Positions 36,451 to 47,929 are shown, counted from the whole stretch's first letter. The stretch is 63,682 bases of DNA, filler included, from Octopus bimaculoides (GCF_001194135.2; 6 parts of 6 records of this genome joined end to end with filler, not necessarily neighbours in it); one strand, 5' to 3'. Numbers and translations are program-made. Notes: generated by a model not told the origin, from the sequence alone.

Positions 36451-37749
36451 AAATTAAAGATATAATCCAGGATGGTGAAGGAATGGCGAAAACTCAGACG
36501 GGTCGGGCAAGATATGCTGGAGTGTGTGTTCTGGCTGTTTGTATTCTGGTAGAAAACCTGCGATGGCACTGGTATCAAACTGTATTGGCCTTTCCTTTAG
36601 ATAAACATTGATGGCAACGAGCTCAGAAAGTCCGGGATGTTTGTCACTGAGGTGATCTAATGAGATTGAAACACCGGTGTTTGACGATCCGCTAACGGCT
36701 TTCTGAGTGAACTCTGTGTTTTTTCTCTTTTTTTTTTCATGCACAAGTCTCTCTGAAACAAGATATTACAGTTGGTACTCTTCTACGTTTATATATGCAT
36801 CATGAATACTACACGCATCGTTATTTAATCCAATGTAGTTTGAAGAGCGTAAATTAATTAAATATGTTTTCCTATTCGTTTACTTCATAAAATTTGCCAG
36901 TTAATTTCCTTTTCATGTTGTATTTTAACAAATTATCTGAAAAACCTCACCACTTCTCTCTCTCACTCACTCTTTACTCCCTCTTTCACTTTCCACAATG
37001 CAGATTTAACTTTAGTTGAGTATTCGCTAGCAATAAAAATTTCTCTCTAAAATTATATCCCAGTTTTTTGATTAACGATAAACGCACCAATGTTTTTATC
37101 ATGTTTGATTACGTGAGTGCTCTGCACTTGGTTATGCTTGTAAAAACGAGATAGCATGTTCAGGTACGTTGAAGCCAATATCATTCGATAAATATATAAA
37201 TAGTTTAAGCTACTTGCAAATCGATTCAGAATAGGCTAAATGCAAAGAAAAGTAAGGCAGAGATAATACGTGTAAAGAATGGAGAGAGAGAGTCAGAGGA
37301 TGAAAACGAGACGTAGTTGTTTGAGAGAATAAGAGGATAGTGATAAACGATGATAAATAATCATGAAAATTCTTCTTTAATTCGCAAACTGTCCAGATTG
37401 GTCCATTTTCAACAGGTGGGTGGTTGTACTAACTAGTTCCCTTAAGCATCCTTAAATAACTACTTGCATCGCTTCCAATGTGGGCAGATGAGTTCAAGAG
37501 TACTTACCGAACCATTAACATGGTTCCTGGATTCCTTGAAATTAAGCAAATTCGAAAACGAAACATTGAACATGTAATCTCGAAGCGCATATGTTAGCGA
37601 TATGATTGTTAGTGTTGTTGCGTTCCAGTTCAAGTGCATTTAAAGGCATTCTAACCGTGACCATCATGTCCTTCTAGTCCAGCGCCAGTGTATCTATGAC
37701 TACATTATTTAATCTCCAAAGTAGTCTACGGGCTTTTTTTTTTGTTTTT

Positions 37750-38115
37750 TATTAGCAAGGTATGAAAACAAGCTATGCTGGATCATAGACATAGCATGCC
37801 CAGCTGACAACAAGGTATGCGGTAAGGAAGAAAGAAAAGCCGAGAGATATAACAGGTTAGCTTGGGAAGTTAAGCAGTTGTGGTCGATGAAAAAGGTAGC
37901 AGTAGTACCAATAATTGTCAGAGCAAAAATCTCGAGAAGTACGTGGAACAAATAGGGGCTGCAATAAGGGTGGAGCCCTTGCAGAAAACAGCACTGCTTG
38001 GAACCGCTCGAATACTCCGGAAGGTGCTCGAAAAATAAGAGGTGTTACCTTAGTTCACTGGTAGTGAACAGCTGACACTGCAGTACATCTCCAGCATTAG
38101 AAGCTGTGCAAAGGC

Positions 38116-38173
<58 letters not shown>
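37750..38173 (+). mobile_element. R4/Dong-clade LINE 3' end with (TAA)n tail
   Basis: CWIIDIACPADNKVCGKEERKAERYNRLAWEVKQLW...LQKTALLGTARILRKVLEK* (stop 38036-38038) matches the restriction-like endonuclease C-terminus; short 3' UTR then (AAT)n 38116-38173. Confidence 0.85.
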
Positions 38174-38174
<1 letters not shown>

Positions 38175-38176
<2 letters not shown>

Positions 38177-38520
38177 TATTTATTTATCACTATGAGTAAA
38201 AATATCGTTGGGGATGGTACGGTACACTACAATGTGTGATTACATAAAGAAGCGTATAAAAAGTAGAAAAACGGTGATAAAATAAATTCTAACGGAGATT
38301 AGTTCCAAAAGTGGGAGACTTCCCAGGGCTGCTCGTAAAACCCCCACAAAATCACGCTTACCCTGACCATTAGGGCAAGTGCCCTCTCCACATCATTTTC
38401 TTTAAATATATAGGCGTATGCTTAGAGTAGGTCCATTCAGTCGACCATTCTTGTCACATTCGCCCACCTTTCAAGAAAATTGCTTTGCAAGTAAAACTTG
38501 AAGAAGGAGGCGGGATGATC
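38175..38520 (-). mobile_element. Probable Tx1/L1-clade LINE 3' end
   Basis: Minus-strand SFFKFYL..FLERWANVTRMV resembles Tx1-like ORF2 termini; T-rich 3' UTR ending gataaataaataaa. Confidence 0.45.
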
Positions 38521-39289
38521 TTCACAATAGACTCAGCTGATAACCGGATCTGTCCAACACACGACAAACAGATGTTCGATATAAACTCACAAGCCAACAA
38601 CAATAGTAATAATAACAACGACACAAGATATGTTTTGCGAAGTGTATGTCTTTAATATTAATCACGTAACATAAGTTCCATTTTTTTTTTCTTTTTTGAA
38701 TCTTAATAAAGGATGTGATCATTAATAAATTATTTAGTAGAATAAATATCTCGCTGTTATTGATCACCTTATAATAAAGGATGTGATCGAAATTTATGTC
38801 ATTAATTATTTTGCTATTATTCAGCATCTATATTTGTTTTGTCTGTTATGTTATAATCGTTAATATATTCTCTAGAACATCCTTTGTTCTTTTTATGTTT
38901 TGTTCTTCCTGATCGTTGTTTTACAGATCTTTTCCTCTCTTGTTCTTCCTATTAAAGTTTACTGACTGAGTGATACATCTTTCTCTGTTAGTTCTCATTC
39001 TTTCACTGTTGTTTTCCTTCTTTTGTAAGAAGTGTTTCATCTCTGATAGTCTCTTTCTTTGAACATCTGTCGTGTGGAAATCTCTTCCTTCGTCTTGTTT
39101 CCATGATCGATTTAATCTTATCTCTTAAATTACTGTATAAGATGCACTTTTTATTAAGAAACATATCTCAAAAAATCACCTCAGTTGATTTTTTTGATAT
39201 GCGAAGTTGGCCCTCCCTTAGGTTTAACGCACTAAAACCTTTATTTACTGAATATAGACTGAATATGAGTCTTAGTAGTTTAAATATTC

Positions 39290-39551
39290 AGCACACGATT
39301 GCTGTTGAGTCCTTGCGCATGACGCTTTATTTCACGTTGCTTCAGTCCACTCAGCTGGCAAAAATGAGTTGTGCCTGTAATTCAAAGGGCCAATCTTATC
39401 ACATTCTGTGTCACACTGAATCTCCCTGAAAAATGCATTAAAAGTCCGCGTGTCTGTGGAGTGCTCCGCCACTTGCACGCTAACTTCACGAGCAGGCTGT
39501 TCCGTTGATCGTATCGACTGGAACACTCGTCGTCGCAACCGACGGAGTACC
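39290..39551 (+). mobile_element. SINE family C variant with a different 3' tail
   Basis: ctttatttcacgttgcttcagtccactcagctggcaaaaatgagt central domain, then gcaggctgttccgttgatcg...gacggagtac tail. Confidence 0.65.
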
Positions 39552-39555
39552 TGTG

Positions 39556-39783
39556 TTATTTCTTTACTACCCACAAGGAGCTACACACAGAGGGGACAAA
39601 CAAGGACAGACAAACGGATTAAATCGATTATATCGACCCCAGTGCGTAACTGGTACTTATTTAATCGACCCCGAAAGGATGAAAGGCAAAGTCGACCTCG
39701 GCGGAATTTGAACTCAGAACGTAGCGGGCAGACGAAATACCGCTAAGCATTTCGCCCGGTGTGCTAACGGTTCTGCCAGCTCG
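39556..39783 (-). mobile_element. Young SINE family B (type-2 tail), near full-length
   Basis: Close match to 33770-33957 in reverse complement. Confidence 0.9.
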
Positions 39784-40193
39784 TGTGTGCTGCTGAAATT
39801 AGGTGCAGTTTATATGTCTGTGCATCTTACACACCATTAAGTATGGTATGAATCGATTGCTTTATAGTTTTTCAAGGTAACATCTTATTACATTTATCTT
39901 TTCTTCTTCTAACTCCCGACCAATTCAAGTCTTGTGTGTTGTCTGTTTTATTGTTGATTGCTCGTCGTCTTACTGGGATTGACTGCCAATATACATATCT
40001 ATATATTCTTATTGACCATATCTTATACCTATAATGCCCAGGTACATTGCATGTCATCATGTATCTCGGAGTTGTACAATATCACCAAAGATTCTCTACT
40101 TCTACCTTAGAAAAAGTTCGCAAAAGCGAATACGTCTATGATACGCTAAGCTCTCGTTTCTTTCGTGCGCTCTCCTTCTCTCTCTTCCTCTCT

Positions 40194-40235
<42 letters not shown>

Positions 40236-40345
40236 GTCTGTCTGTCTGTATGTCTGTCTTTCTATCTACTTATCTCTGCTTCGCTCTCTTCCTCTTTTTA
40301 TCTATCTAGCTATCCATATCACCCTCTATCTATCTATTTATCTAC

Positions 40346-40385
<40 letters not shown>

Positions 40386-40834
40386 NNNNNNNNNNNNNNN
40401 NNNNNNNNNNNNNNNNNNNNNNNNNNNNNNNNNNNNNNNNNNNNNNNNNNNNNNNNNNNNNNNNNNNNNNNNNNNNNNNNNNNNNNNNNNNNNNNNNNNN
40501 NNNNNNNNNNNNNNNNNNNNNNNNNNNNNNNNNNNNNNNNNNNNNNNNNNNNNNNNNNNNNNNNNNNNNNNNNNNNNNNNNNNNNNNNNNNNNNNNNNNN
40601 NNNNNNNNNNNNNNNNNNNNNNNNNNNNNNNNNNNNNNNNNNNNNNNNNNNNNNNNNNNNNNNNNNNNNNNNNNNNNNNNNNNNNNNNNNNNNNNNNNNN
40701 NNNNTCTCTCGTAGTTGGGTGACAACGGAGATATTTTTGTTATCGATTAGCTAGGAAAAGTCTTTTATGGAGTGTCGATGAAGGAAATGGCTCGTCTTAT
40801 TTATCGTTTTTTTTTTGTCACTTCTTTTTTTTTT

Positions 40835-41138
40835 TTTTACTTGTTTCTGTCATTGGACTGTGGCCATACTTGGACACTGTCTTGAAGGGGTTTTAGTTGA
40901 ATAAATCGACCCCAGATCTTATTCTGTAAGACTGGTACTGATTCTAGCGGTTTCTTCTTGCCAAACCGCTAACTTATGCTGGCGCAAACAAACCAACACC
41001 GGTTGTGAAGTGGTGTGGGAGACAAATACAGACCCAAAGTTACGCATACGAATACACAAGTAGAAGACACGTGCACACGAAGTCGCTCAGTGGAACTAGA
41101 CCCGAAACCACGTGGTTACAAAGCGAGTTCCTTAACCT
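40835..41138 (-). mobile_element. SINE family A, internally deleted
   Basis: Tail tttacttgtttctgtcattggactgtggcc; head gacccgaaaccacgtggtt. Confidence 0.75.
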
Positions 41139-41667
41139 CTCATTTATGCTTGTGCCTACTGGTCTTCTCATTTATGCTTGCGCCTACTGGTCTTACCTTT
41201 TATTCAGAAGGCATCAAGAATATTAAGAAATAATAGAAAAGACCTAAAAAACTATTTCTCAAATGCGTTGTTGTCTCAATTAGATTCCGATCCTATTTGC
41301 AGCTCTACGCCAGCCACAACTGATAAACAAACAATTGCATGTCTCAGCTATGTGGAGATTAGCTATTTGAAGATTAACTATTTCAAAGGAGATTAGTTAT
41401 TTTAAAGTTGGTGTTATAGCTGCTGCAGCATCGGGACCCAGGAAACTCATGAGCTTATGCATAACACAGTTTCGTCACATTTCAGTTGATCTAGGTATCA
41501 AGTATAGCACCCAGGTCTATGAACAACTAGATTGCCCTTGGAGGTGGTACACTATATCATTAAATTTGTGTGTCTCACTTTCTGTACTCAGTAAATTGTC
41601 TATATACCATAGGTCTGTTCAATCGGAGTTAACTTGGGGCATGAACAGACTGAACAGTAAAACCTTT

Positions 41668-41878
41668 CTACCATTGGCACAAGGCCTGAAATTTGGTGGG
41701 AGGAGGATAGTCGATTACATTGACCCCAGTGCTTAACTGGAACTTATTTTATCAACCCCGTAAAGGAAGAAAGCAAAGTCAACATCGCGGACTTTGAGCT
41801 CAGAACGTAAAGAACGCACAAAATGACGCTAAGCGTTTTGCCCGTTGTGCTAACGATTCTGTCAGCTCGCCGCCTTTT
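41668..41878 (-). mobile_element. SINE family B, type-1 tail
   Basis: gtgctaacgattctgtcagctcgccgcc head; gattacattgaccccagtg core. Confidence 0.8.
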
Positions 41879-42055
41879 AGGCTAGACAATAAATAGAATG
41901 TAATATATCCAAACTGTCACACTGCACCAAATCTGATTAAGCACTACATGTTGAAGTGAGCAATATAGCCCTCAGTTAGACTGAGGCATAGTACATCTAA
42001 GATAATAAGTCCGTAGATCACTCCTAGAGAGCGGTCGCCATATTCTCTTCCATAT

Positions 42056-42149
42056 CGGCTAACTCTGATGAGCGTAAAGTTATATAATCGGATTGTTACC
42101 TATCCTTCCATAGTATTCTTTACACGAAACCGATTTGCACGATCAGCCG
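42056..42149 (+). ncRNA. Degenerate hammerhead-like motif with long loop II
   Basis: CTGATGA (42065), helix II GCGTAAAG/CTTTACAC (7 of 8 pairs), GAAAC (42126), distal helix I cggct/agccg; helix III and proximal helix I damaged. Confidence 0.4.
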
Positions 42150-42215
42150 TGATAAATACTTAATACTATACACTTCGGATAATATATAAATATACATACA
42201 TATACNNNNNNNNNN

Positions 42216-42251
<36 letters not shown>

Positions 42252-42601
42252 TGAAAGTAAAAGACACATACTGGTATACATATATACATACCTGCATACA
42301 TATATACATACAAATGCACACCCACTCACATGGATTAAAAACCTCGACTGATTCCTACGTACGCATGAAAAATTAACAGAATCAAATACTGTTATGTATA
42401 CAAGCGGGAAGAAACACGTATTTGTATGTTTACATAGTTGTACTTACAGATATATTTACAGGCAAGCAGAGAAATTCACTCACTCACAAAGACACACACA
42501 CACACACATTCATTATTACAATTTATTAACTCACATTAAAGAAAAATACCTCTTAAAATTGCCCCCGTAATTAGGAGCAAAATAAACACCAAATTTAACA
42601 C

Positions 42602-42643
<42 letters not shown>

Positions 42644-43625
42644 NNNNNNNNNNNNNNNNNNNNNNNNNNNNNNNNNNNNNNNNNNNNNNNNNNNNNNNNN
42701 NNNNNNNNNNNNNNNNNNNNNNNNNNNNNNNNNNNNNNNNNNNNNNNNNNNNNNNNNNNNNNNNNNNNNNNNNNNNNNNNNNNNNNNNNNNNNNNNNNNN
42801 NNNNNNNNNNNNNNNNNNNNNNNNNNNNNNNNNNNNNNNNNNNNNNNNNNNNNNNNNNNNNNNNNNNNNNNNNNNNNNNNNNNNNNNNNNNNNNNNNNNN
42901 NNNNNNNNNNNNNNNNNNNNNNNNNNNNNNNNNNNNNNNNNNNNNNNNNNNNNNNNNNNNNNNNNNNNNNNNNNNNNNNNNNNNNNNNNNNNNNNNNNNN
43001 NNNNNNNNNNNNNNNNNNNNNNNNNNNNNNNNNNNNNNNNNNNNNNNNNNNNNNNNNNNNNNNNNNNNNNNNNNNNNNNNNNNNNNNNNNNNNNNNNNNN
43101 NNNNNNNNNNNNNNNNNNNNNNNNNNNNNNNNNNNNNNNNNNNNNNNNNNNNNNNNNNNNNNNNNNNNNNNNNNNNNNNNNNNNNNNNNNNNNNNNNNNN
43201 NNNNNNNNNNNNNNNNNNNNNNNNNNNNNNNNNNNNNNNNNNNNNNNNNNNNNNNNNNNNNNNNNNNNNNNNNNNNNNNNNNNNNNNNNNNNNNNNNNNN
43301 NNNNNNNNNNNNNNNNNNNNNNNNNNNNNNNNNNNNNNNNNNNNNNNNNNNNNNNNNNNNNNNNNNNNNNNNNNNNNNNNNNNNNNNNNNNNNNNNNNNN
43401 NNNNNNNNNNNNNNNNNNNNNNNNNNNNNNNNNNNNNNNNNNNNNNNNNNNNNNNNNNNNNNNNNNNNNNNNNNNNNNNNNNNNNNNNNNNNNNNNNNNN
43501 NNNNNNNNNNNNNNNNNNNNNNNNNNNNNNNNNNNNNNNNNNNNNNNNNNNNNNNNNNNNNNNNNNNNNNNNNNNNNNNNNNNNNNNNNNNNNNNNNNNN
43601 NNNNNNNNNNNNNNNNNNNNNNNNG

Positions 43626-43910
43626 GTCGATGTAATCGACTTGATCCCTTTGTCTGTCCTTGTTTGTCCCCTCTATGTTTAGCCCCTTGTGGGCAATAAA
43701 GAAATAAGAAACGTTAGCACGCCGGGCGAAATGCATAGCGGCATTTCGTCTGTCTTTATGTTCTGAGTTCAAATTCCGCCGAGGTCGACTTTCCTTTTCA
43801 TCCTTTCGGAGTCGATAAATTAAGTACCAGTTGTGTACTGGTGGTGATCTAATCGACTGGCCCCCTCCCCCAAAATTTCGGGCCTTATGCCTAGAGTAGA
43901 AAAGAATATT
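43626..43910 (+). mobile_element. Young SINE B tail (to 43707) fused to a host SINE B starting at the head (43708-43910)
   Basis: ...gggcaataaagaaataa|gaaacgttagcacgccgggc..., the same junction as at 33957. Confidence 0.85.
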
Positions 43911-44144
43911 TATAGTTATTGTCAAGGTAGGGATAACCAGCCTCGCCTACACGCCCAGCACGAGTGTGATATACTGTGCTATACAGTTATACGCCCATTA
44001 GCATACCATCATATACGTATGTACAAAATATCGAGTCAAGAAAAGGGGTGGATTCTACGCAGTCGCCCATGTTCTTAGAAATAGCGATCAAATCTCCTTT
44101 GAATCACACCTTGTTCTCTTTATTAAGAGAAGGACATAATTGAT

Positions 44145-44276
44145 CAGTCATACGCAAAGTGCGGTCCGCTGAACTTTCTGAATGGCAGGTCTAATTAAAA
44201 ATTAACTTGAAATATTTTAGTAATGCTTAACCGCGTCTCATGCGGCCCGCTTCTCGAAAAGGGTTACTCATGCCTG
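44145..44276. mobile_element. Degenerate hAT (Charlie-like) MITE
   Basis: cagtcatacgcaaagtgcggtcc ... tgcggccc..gggttactcatgcctg ends; TSD not preserved. Confidence 0.4.
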
Positions 44277-44556
44277 CGATAGATAATGCAATCCTAAGTG
44301 ACGTGAAAAAGGAGAAGGCCAGAATGCCTTTAGTCTTAAGTCGACTTGATCAAGATTAACTTGGGGCTACAAGTCTTAAGGATTAACTTTGGGCTACACC
44401 ATATCTACAACAAATTACGTAAAAATATATAAATAAATAATCATACACTCACTGACAAATACACGAATACACACACATGCACACGCACATATAATACTCA
44501 CACACACACACCCACACGCGTGCTGGCACGTTCAGTCACGTTTCTCCCTGGCTCAC

Positions 44557-44613
44557 CAAAATGAATAATATTATCGTTAAAGGCGTGAAATTGTAATGAT
44601 TTTTGGACGATGA
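44557..44613 (-). CDS. Putative coding exon (IVQKSLQFHAFNDNIIHF in phase 1)
   Basis: actctttcttcttcag acceptor, TTG|GTGAGC donor, 57 nt; two open frames. Confidence 0.45.
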
Positions 44614-44684
44614 CTGAAGAAGAAAGAGTACGTCCATGTTTTCTGTGTGAATTTTCCATTTGTTTCTTTGTCGTCCCTCCGTTC

Positions 44685-44871
44685 ATGGCGACCTGGCAGA
44701 ATCGTTAGCACGCCTAGCGAAAAGCTTGGCGGTATTTCGTCCGTCTTTACGTTCTAAATTCAAATTCCGTCGGGATCGACTTTGCCTTTCGTTCTTTCGG
44801 GGTCGATAAATTAAGTACCAGTGAAACACTGGGGTCGATGCAATCGACTAATCCCTTTCCCCAAAATTAGG
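44685..44871 (+). mobile_element. SINE family B
   Basis: ggcgacctggcagaatcgttagcacgcc head through ggggtcgatgcaatcgac. Confidence 0.85.
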
Positions 44872-45430
44872 ATTATTTAATATAATGCCACTCACCCACC
44901 TTCTTGTTCTTGTTCGTCGGCGCTCCACTCAATTGGTAATATTTGGTGCGACGTCTTTCTCTTCCTCTCTCTCTCCTCCCCCTCTCACACTTTCCCGTTT
45001 TCGTTTCCCTCTCTCTCTCTGTTGTTTTCTCTGTCTATCCTTTTTACTTCACTATTCTTCCTTCTCTCTTGTTCTCCGCACCCCTCCTTTATTCCTTTTC
45101 TTTCTCTCTACTATCTTATCTTTCTCCTTCCGCATTTCTTTCTATCTTCCCCGCCTTTCTCCCTTTAATTTGCTTCCATCTCTTCCATCTAGCTTCAGTC
45201 TCTTTCTCTGCCCTTCACCACCTGTTTTCTCTCTTCTTGCTACCATGTGATCGTCCCAGTTCTCCTTTCAGCATCCTTTTTCGGTTTGGCCACTGACATA
45301 TTCAGTCACGCTTCTCCAGGACTTCTGCTTTCTCCTTTACCTTCAACAGTAGGTCCATTTTCCCCCCAACTTTTGTTCTATCTTTCTGTCTATCTTTTCA
45401 ACTGTTCACTTACTTTCTCATGTCCTATAG

Positions 45431-45672
45431 CAGGGGTTTTCAAACATTTTGACTTGCGGACCCCTATATATTTCAGGCTTTACCTTAGGGACCCCCTTAT
45501 AAACGCTTATGAAATTTATACATAAATATTTGCTTAAAATAACATATAGGTTTATTGTCAATTAAAAGATTTCGATTAAAAAACATATATAAAATCAAAT
45601 TGCCCATAAAAAATATTTGCTGTCCACGGACCCCCTGTCTTGTCCTTGCGGACCACATTTTGAAAACCCCTG
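45431..45672. mobile_element. hAT MITE (242 bp) with perfect TIR and TSD
   Basis: 14-bp perfect TIR CAGGGGTTTTCAAA; exact 8-bp TSD TCCTATAG (45423-45430, 45673-45680). Confidence 0.95.
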
Positions 45673-45769
45673 TCCTATAGGACATCATTCTTCTTTGCGT
45701 TACTTATACACGTCTTGTCCTAAAGCTATCTCAGAGCCGTGCCGCCTTTATTTTGTGTGTGTATGTATG

Positions 45770-46002
45770 CGTGTGTGCATATGTAAATGTGTATTTGTGT
45801 CTTTGTGTTTGTCCTCCACCACCGCTTAACAACCGGTGTTGGTTTGTTGATGTCCTCGTGACATACAGCGGCTCGGCAAGAAGGCCCGATAGATTAGGTA
45901 CCAGGCTTAAAGAATAAATACCGGGATCGATTTATTCGACTAAAATATCCTTCGATACTCCGCTCCAACATGGCTGTAGTCGAATGACAGAGACAAGTAA
46001 AA
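45770..46002 (+). mobile_element. SINE family A, 3' half
   Basis: caaccggtgttgg...ctccaacatggctgtagtcgaatgacagagacaagtaaaag. Confidence 0.75.
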
Positions 46003-46025
46003 GCCAAGAGATGTATGTTACGACG

Positions 46026-46060
<35 letters not shown>

Positions 46061-46130
46061 TGTATGTATGTATGCATGTATGTATATAGGTATGTATGTG
46101 TGTATGTACGTGTATATACATCTGTATATA

Positions 46131-46230
46131 NNNNNNNNNNNNNNNNNNNNNNNNNNNNNNNNNNNNNNNNNNNNTTAATTAATTAANNNNNNNNNNNNNN
46201 NNNNNNNNNNNNNNNNNNNNNNNNNNNNNN
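46131..46230. other. Artificial assembly spacer 44N-TTAATTAATTAA-44N
   Basis: Exactly 100 bp. Confidence 0.95.
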
Positions 46231-46416
46231 TGCCAAAGTAATTCAGTTGCCAAAGTAATTCAGTTGCCAAAGTAATTCAGTTGCCAAAGTAATTCAGTTG
46301 CCAAAGTAATTCAGTTGCCAAAGTAATTCAGTTGCCTAAGTAATTCAGTTGCCAAAGTAATTCAGTTGCCAAAGTAATTCAGTTGCCAAAGTAATTCAGT
46401 TGCCAAAGTAATTCAG
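46231..46416 (+). repeat. 17-bp minisatellite (TGCCAAAGTAATTCAGT) x ~11
   Basis: Units start every 17 bp from 46231; copy 7 has an A>T variant at 46337; left end runs into the gap. Confidence 0.95.
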
Positions 46417-47112
46417 AAGTACAAAGCTATAGGACGGCTAAGCAATAGACATCGTCCAGGTCGTTCTTCTATTTTAACTGCGCGTGATATTCGCCACATC
46501 CAACGTTGCGTGATGGACGACAGGCGTCGTACCGCTTCATCTTTGGCCCAAGAAGTGTCTCATGTTAGTGGAAAGAGTGTATCCGTCCAAACAGTTCGCC
46601 TAAGTTTGAACCAGTATGGGCTTCATGGACGCATACCTCGTAGGAAGCCTCTCCTCACTACCTGGCATAAATCGAGTTGTCTTTCTTTTGCCGAAACCTA
46701 TGTGAATAAGGAAAGGAGTTTTGGAATAAAATTCTTTTTTTCTGACGAGACTACAATCAACATTTTGGGGTCAGATGGTATTAAACGAGTATGGTGACGA
46801 TAGGGTGAAGATAACAGTGACAAACACACCGTGCCTACCGTGAAACACAGCGGTGGAAGTATTGTGCTTTGGGGATGCATGAGTGCGGCTGGTGTGGTAG
46901 GACACACATTTATTGAGAGAACAATGGATTCAAGGCTTTATTGTGACATATTGCAGAAAACAATGTTGAAAAGCGTCAAGGAACTAGGAAGACATTCAAT
47001 GTTCGAACATGATAATGACCCTAAGCACACTTCAAAGATGATGACTAAGGTTTTATCAGATAAAAAAGTAAAGGTATTGCCTTGGCCTACCATGTCACTT
47101 GATTTAAACCTG
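46399..47112 (+). mobile_element. Tc1-family transposase fragment (DD34E type), truncated at both ends
   Basis: VAKVIQKYK...RPGR, GLHGRIPRRKPLL, FSDET, TVKHSGGSIVLWGCM, FEHDNDPKH, WPTMSLDLN; ends before the catalytic E. Confidence 0.92.
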
Positions 47113-47870
47113 AGTGGAGTTGGTAGACGGAAACTGAAAGAAGCCAGTTGTACATATATATATATATATATANNNNNNNNNNNNNNNNNNNNNNNNNNNN
47201 NNNNNNNNNNNNNNNNNNNNNNNNNNNNNNNNNNNNNNNNNNNNNNNNNNNNNNNNNNNNNNNNNNNNNNNNNNNNNNNNNNNNNNNNNNNNNNNNNNNN
47301 NNNNNNNNNNNNNNNNNNNNNNNNNNNNNNNNNNNNNNNNNNNNNNNNNNNNNNNNNNNNNNNNNNNNNNNNNNNNNNNNNNNNNNNNNNNNNNNNNNNN
47401 NNNNNNNNNNNNNNNNNNNNNNNNNNNNNNNNNNNNNNNNNNNNNNNNNNNNNNNNNNNNNNNNNNNNNNNNNNNNNNNNNNNNNNNNNNNNNNNNNNNN
47501 NNNNNNNNNNNNNNNNNNNNNNNNNNNNNNNNNNNNNNNNNNNNNNNNNNNNNNNNNNNNNNNNNNNNNNNNNNNNNNNNNNNNNNNNNNNNNNNNNNNN
47601 NNNNNNNNNNNNNNNNNNNNNNNNNNNNNNNNNNNNNNNNNNNNNNNNNNNNNNNNNNNNNNNNNNNNNNNNNNNNNNNNNNNNNNNNNNNNNNNNNNNN
47701 NNNNNNNNNNNNNNNNNNNNNNNNNNNNNNNNNNNNNNNNNNNNNNNNNNNNNNNNNNNNNNNNNNNNNNNNNNNNNNNNNNNNNNNNNNNNNNNNNNNN
47801 NNNNNNNNNNNNNNNNNNNNNNNNNNNNNNNNNNNNNNNNNNNNNNNNNNNNNNNNNNNNNNNNNNNNNN

Positions 47871-47929
<59 letters not shown>

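Noticed and set aside
36454-36744. 96-aa minus-strand ORF
   Set aside because: No recognisable motif or splice signals; overlaps a SINE tail.
41139-41194. 28-bp tandem duplication
   Set aside because: Local duplication of a decayed SINE end; ordinary.
45320-45348. AG...GT-bounded 29-nt segment
   Set aside because: Within a pyrimidine low-complexity tract; not frame-compatible.
46231-46416. CRISPR-like array
   Set aside because: Contiguous tandem units with no unique spacers; eukaryotic context.
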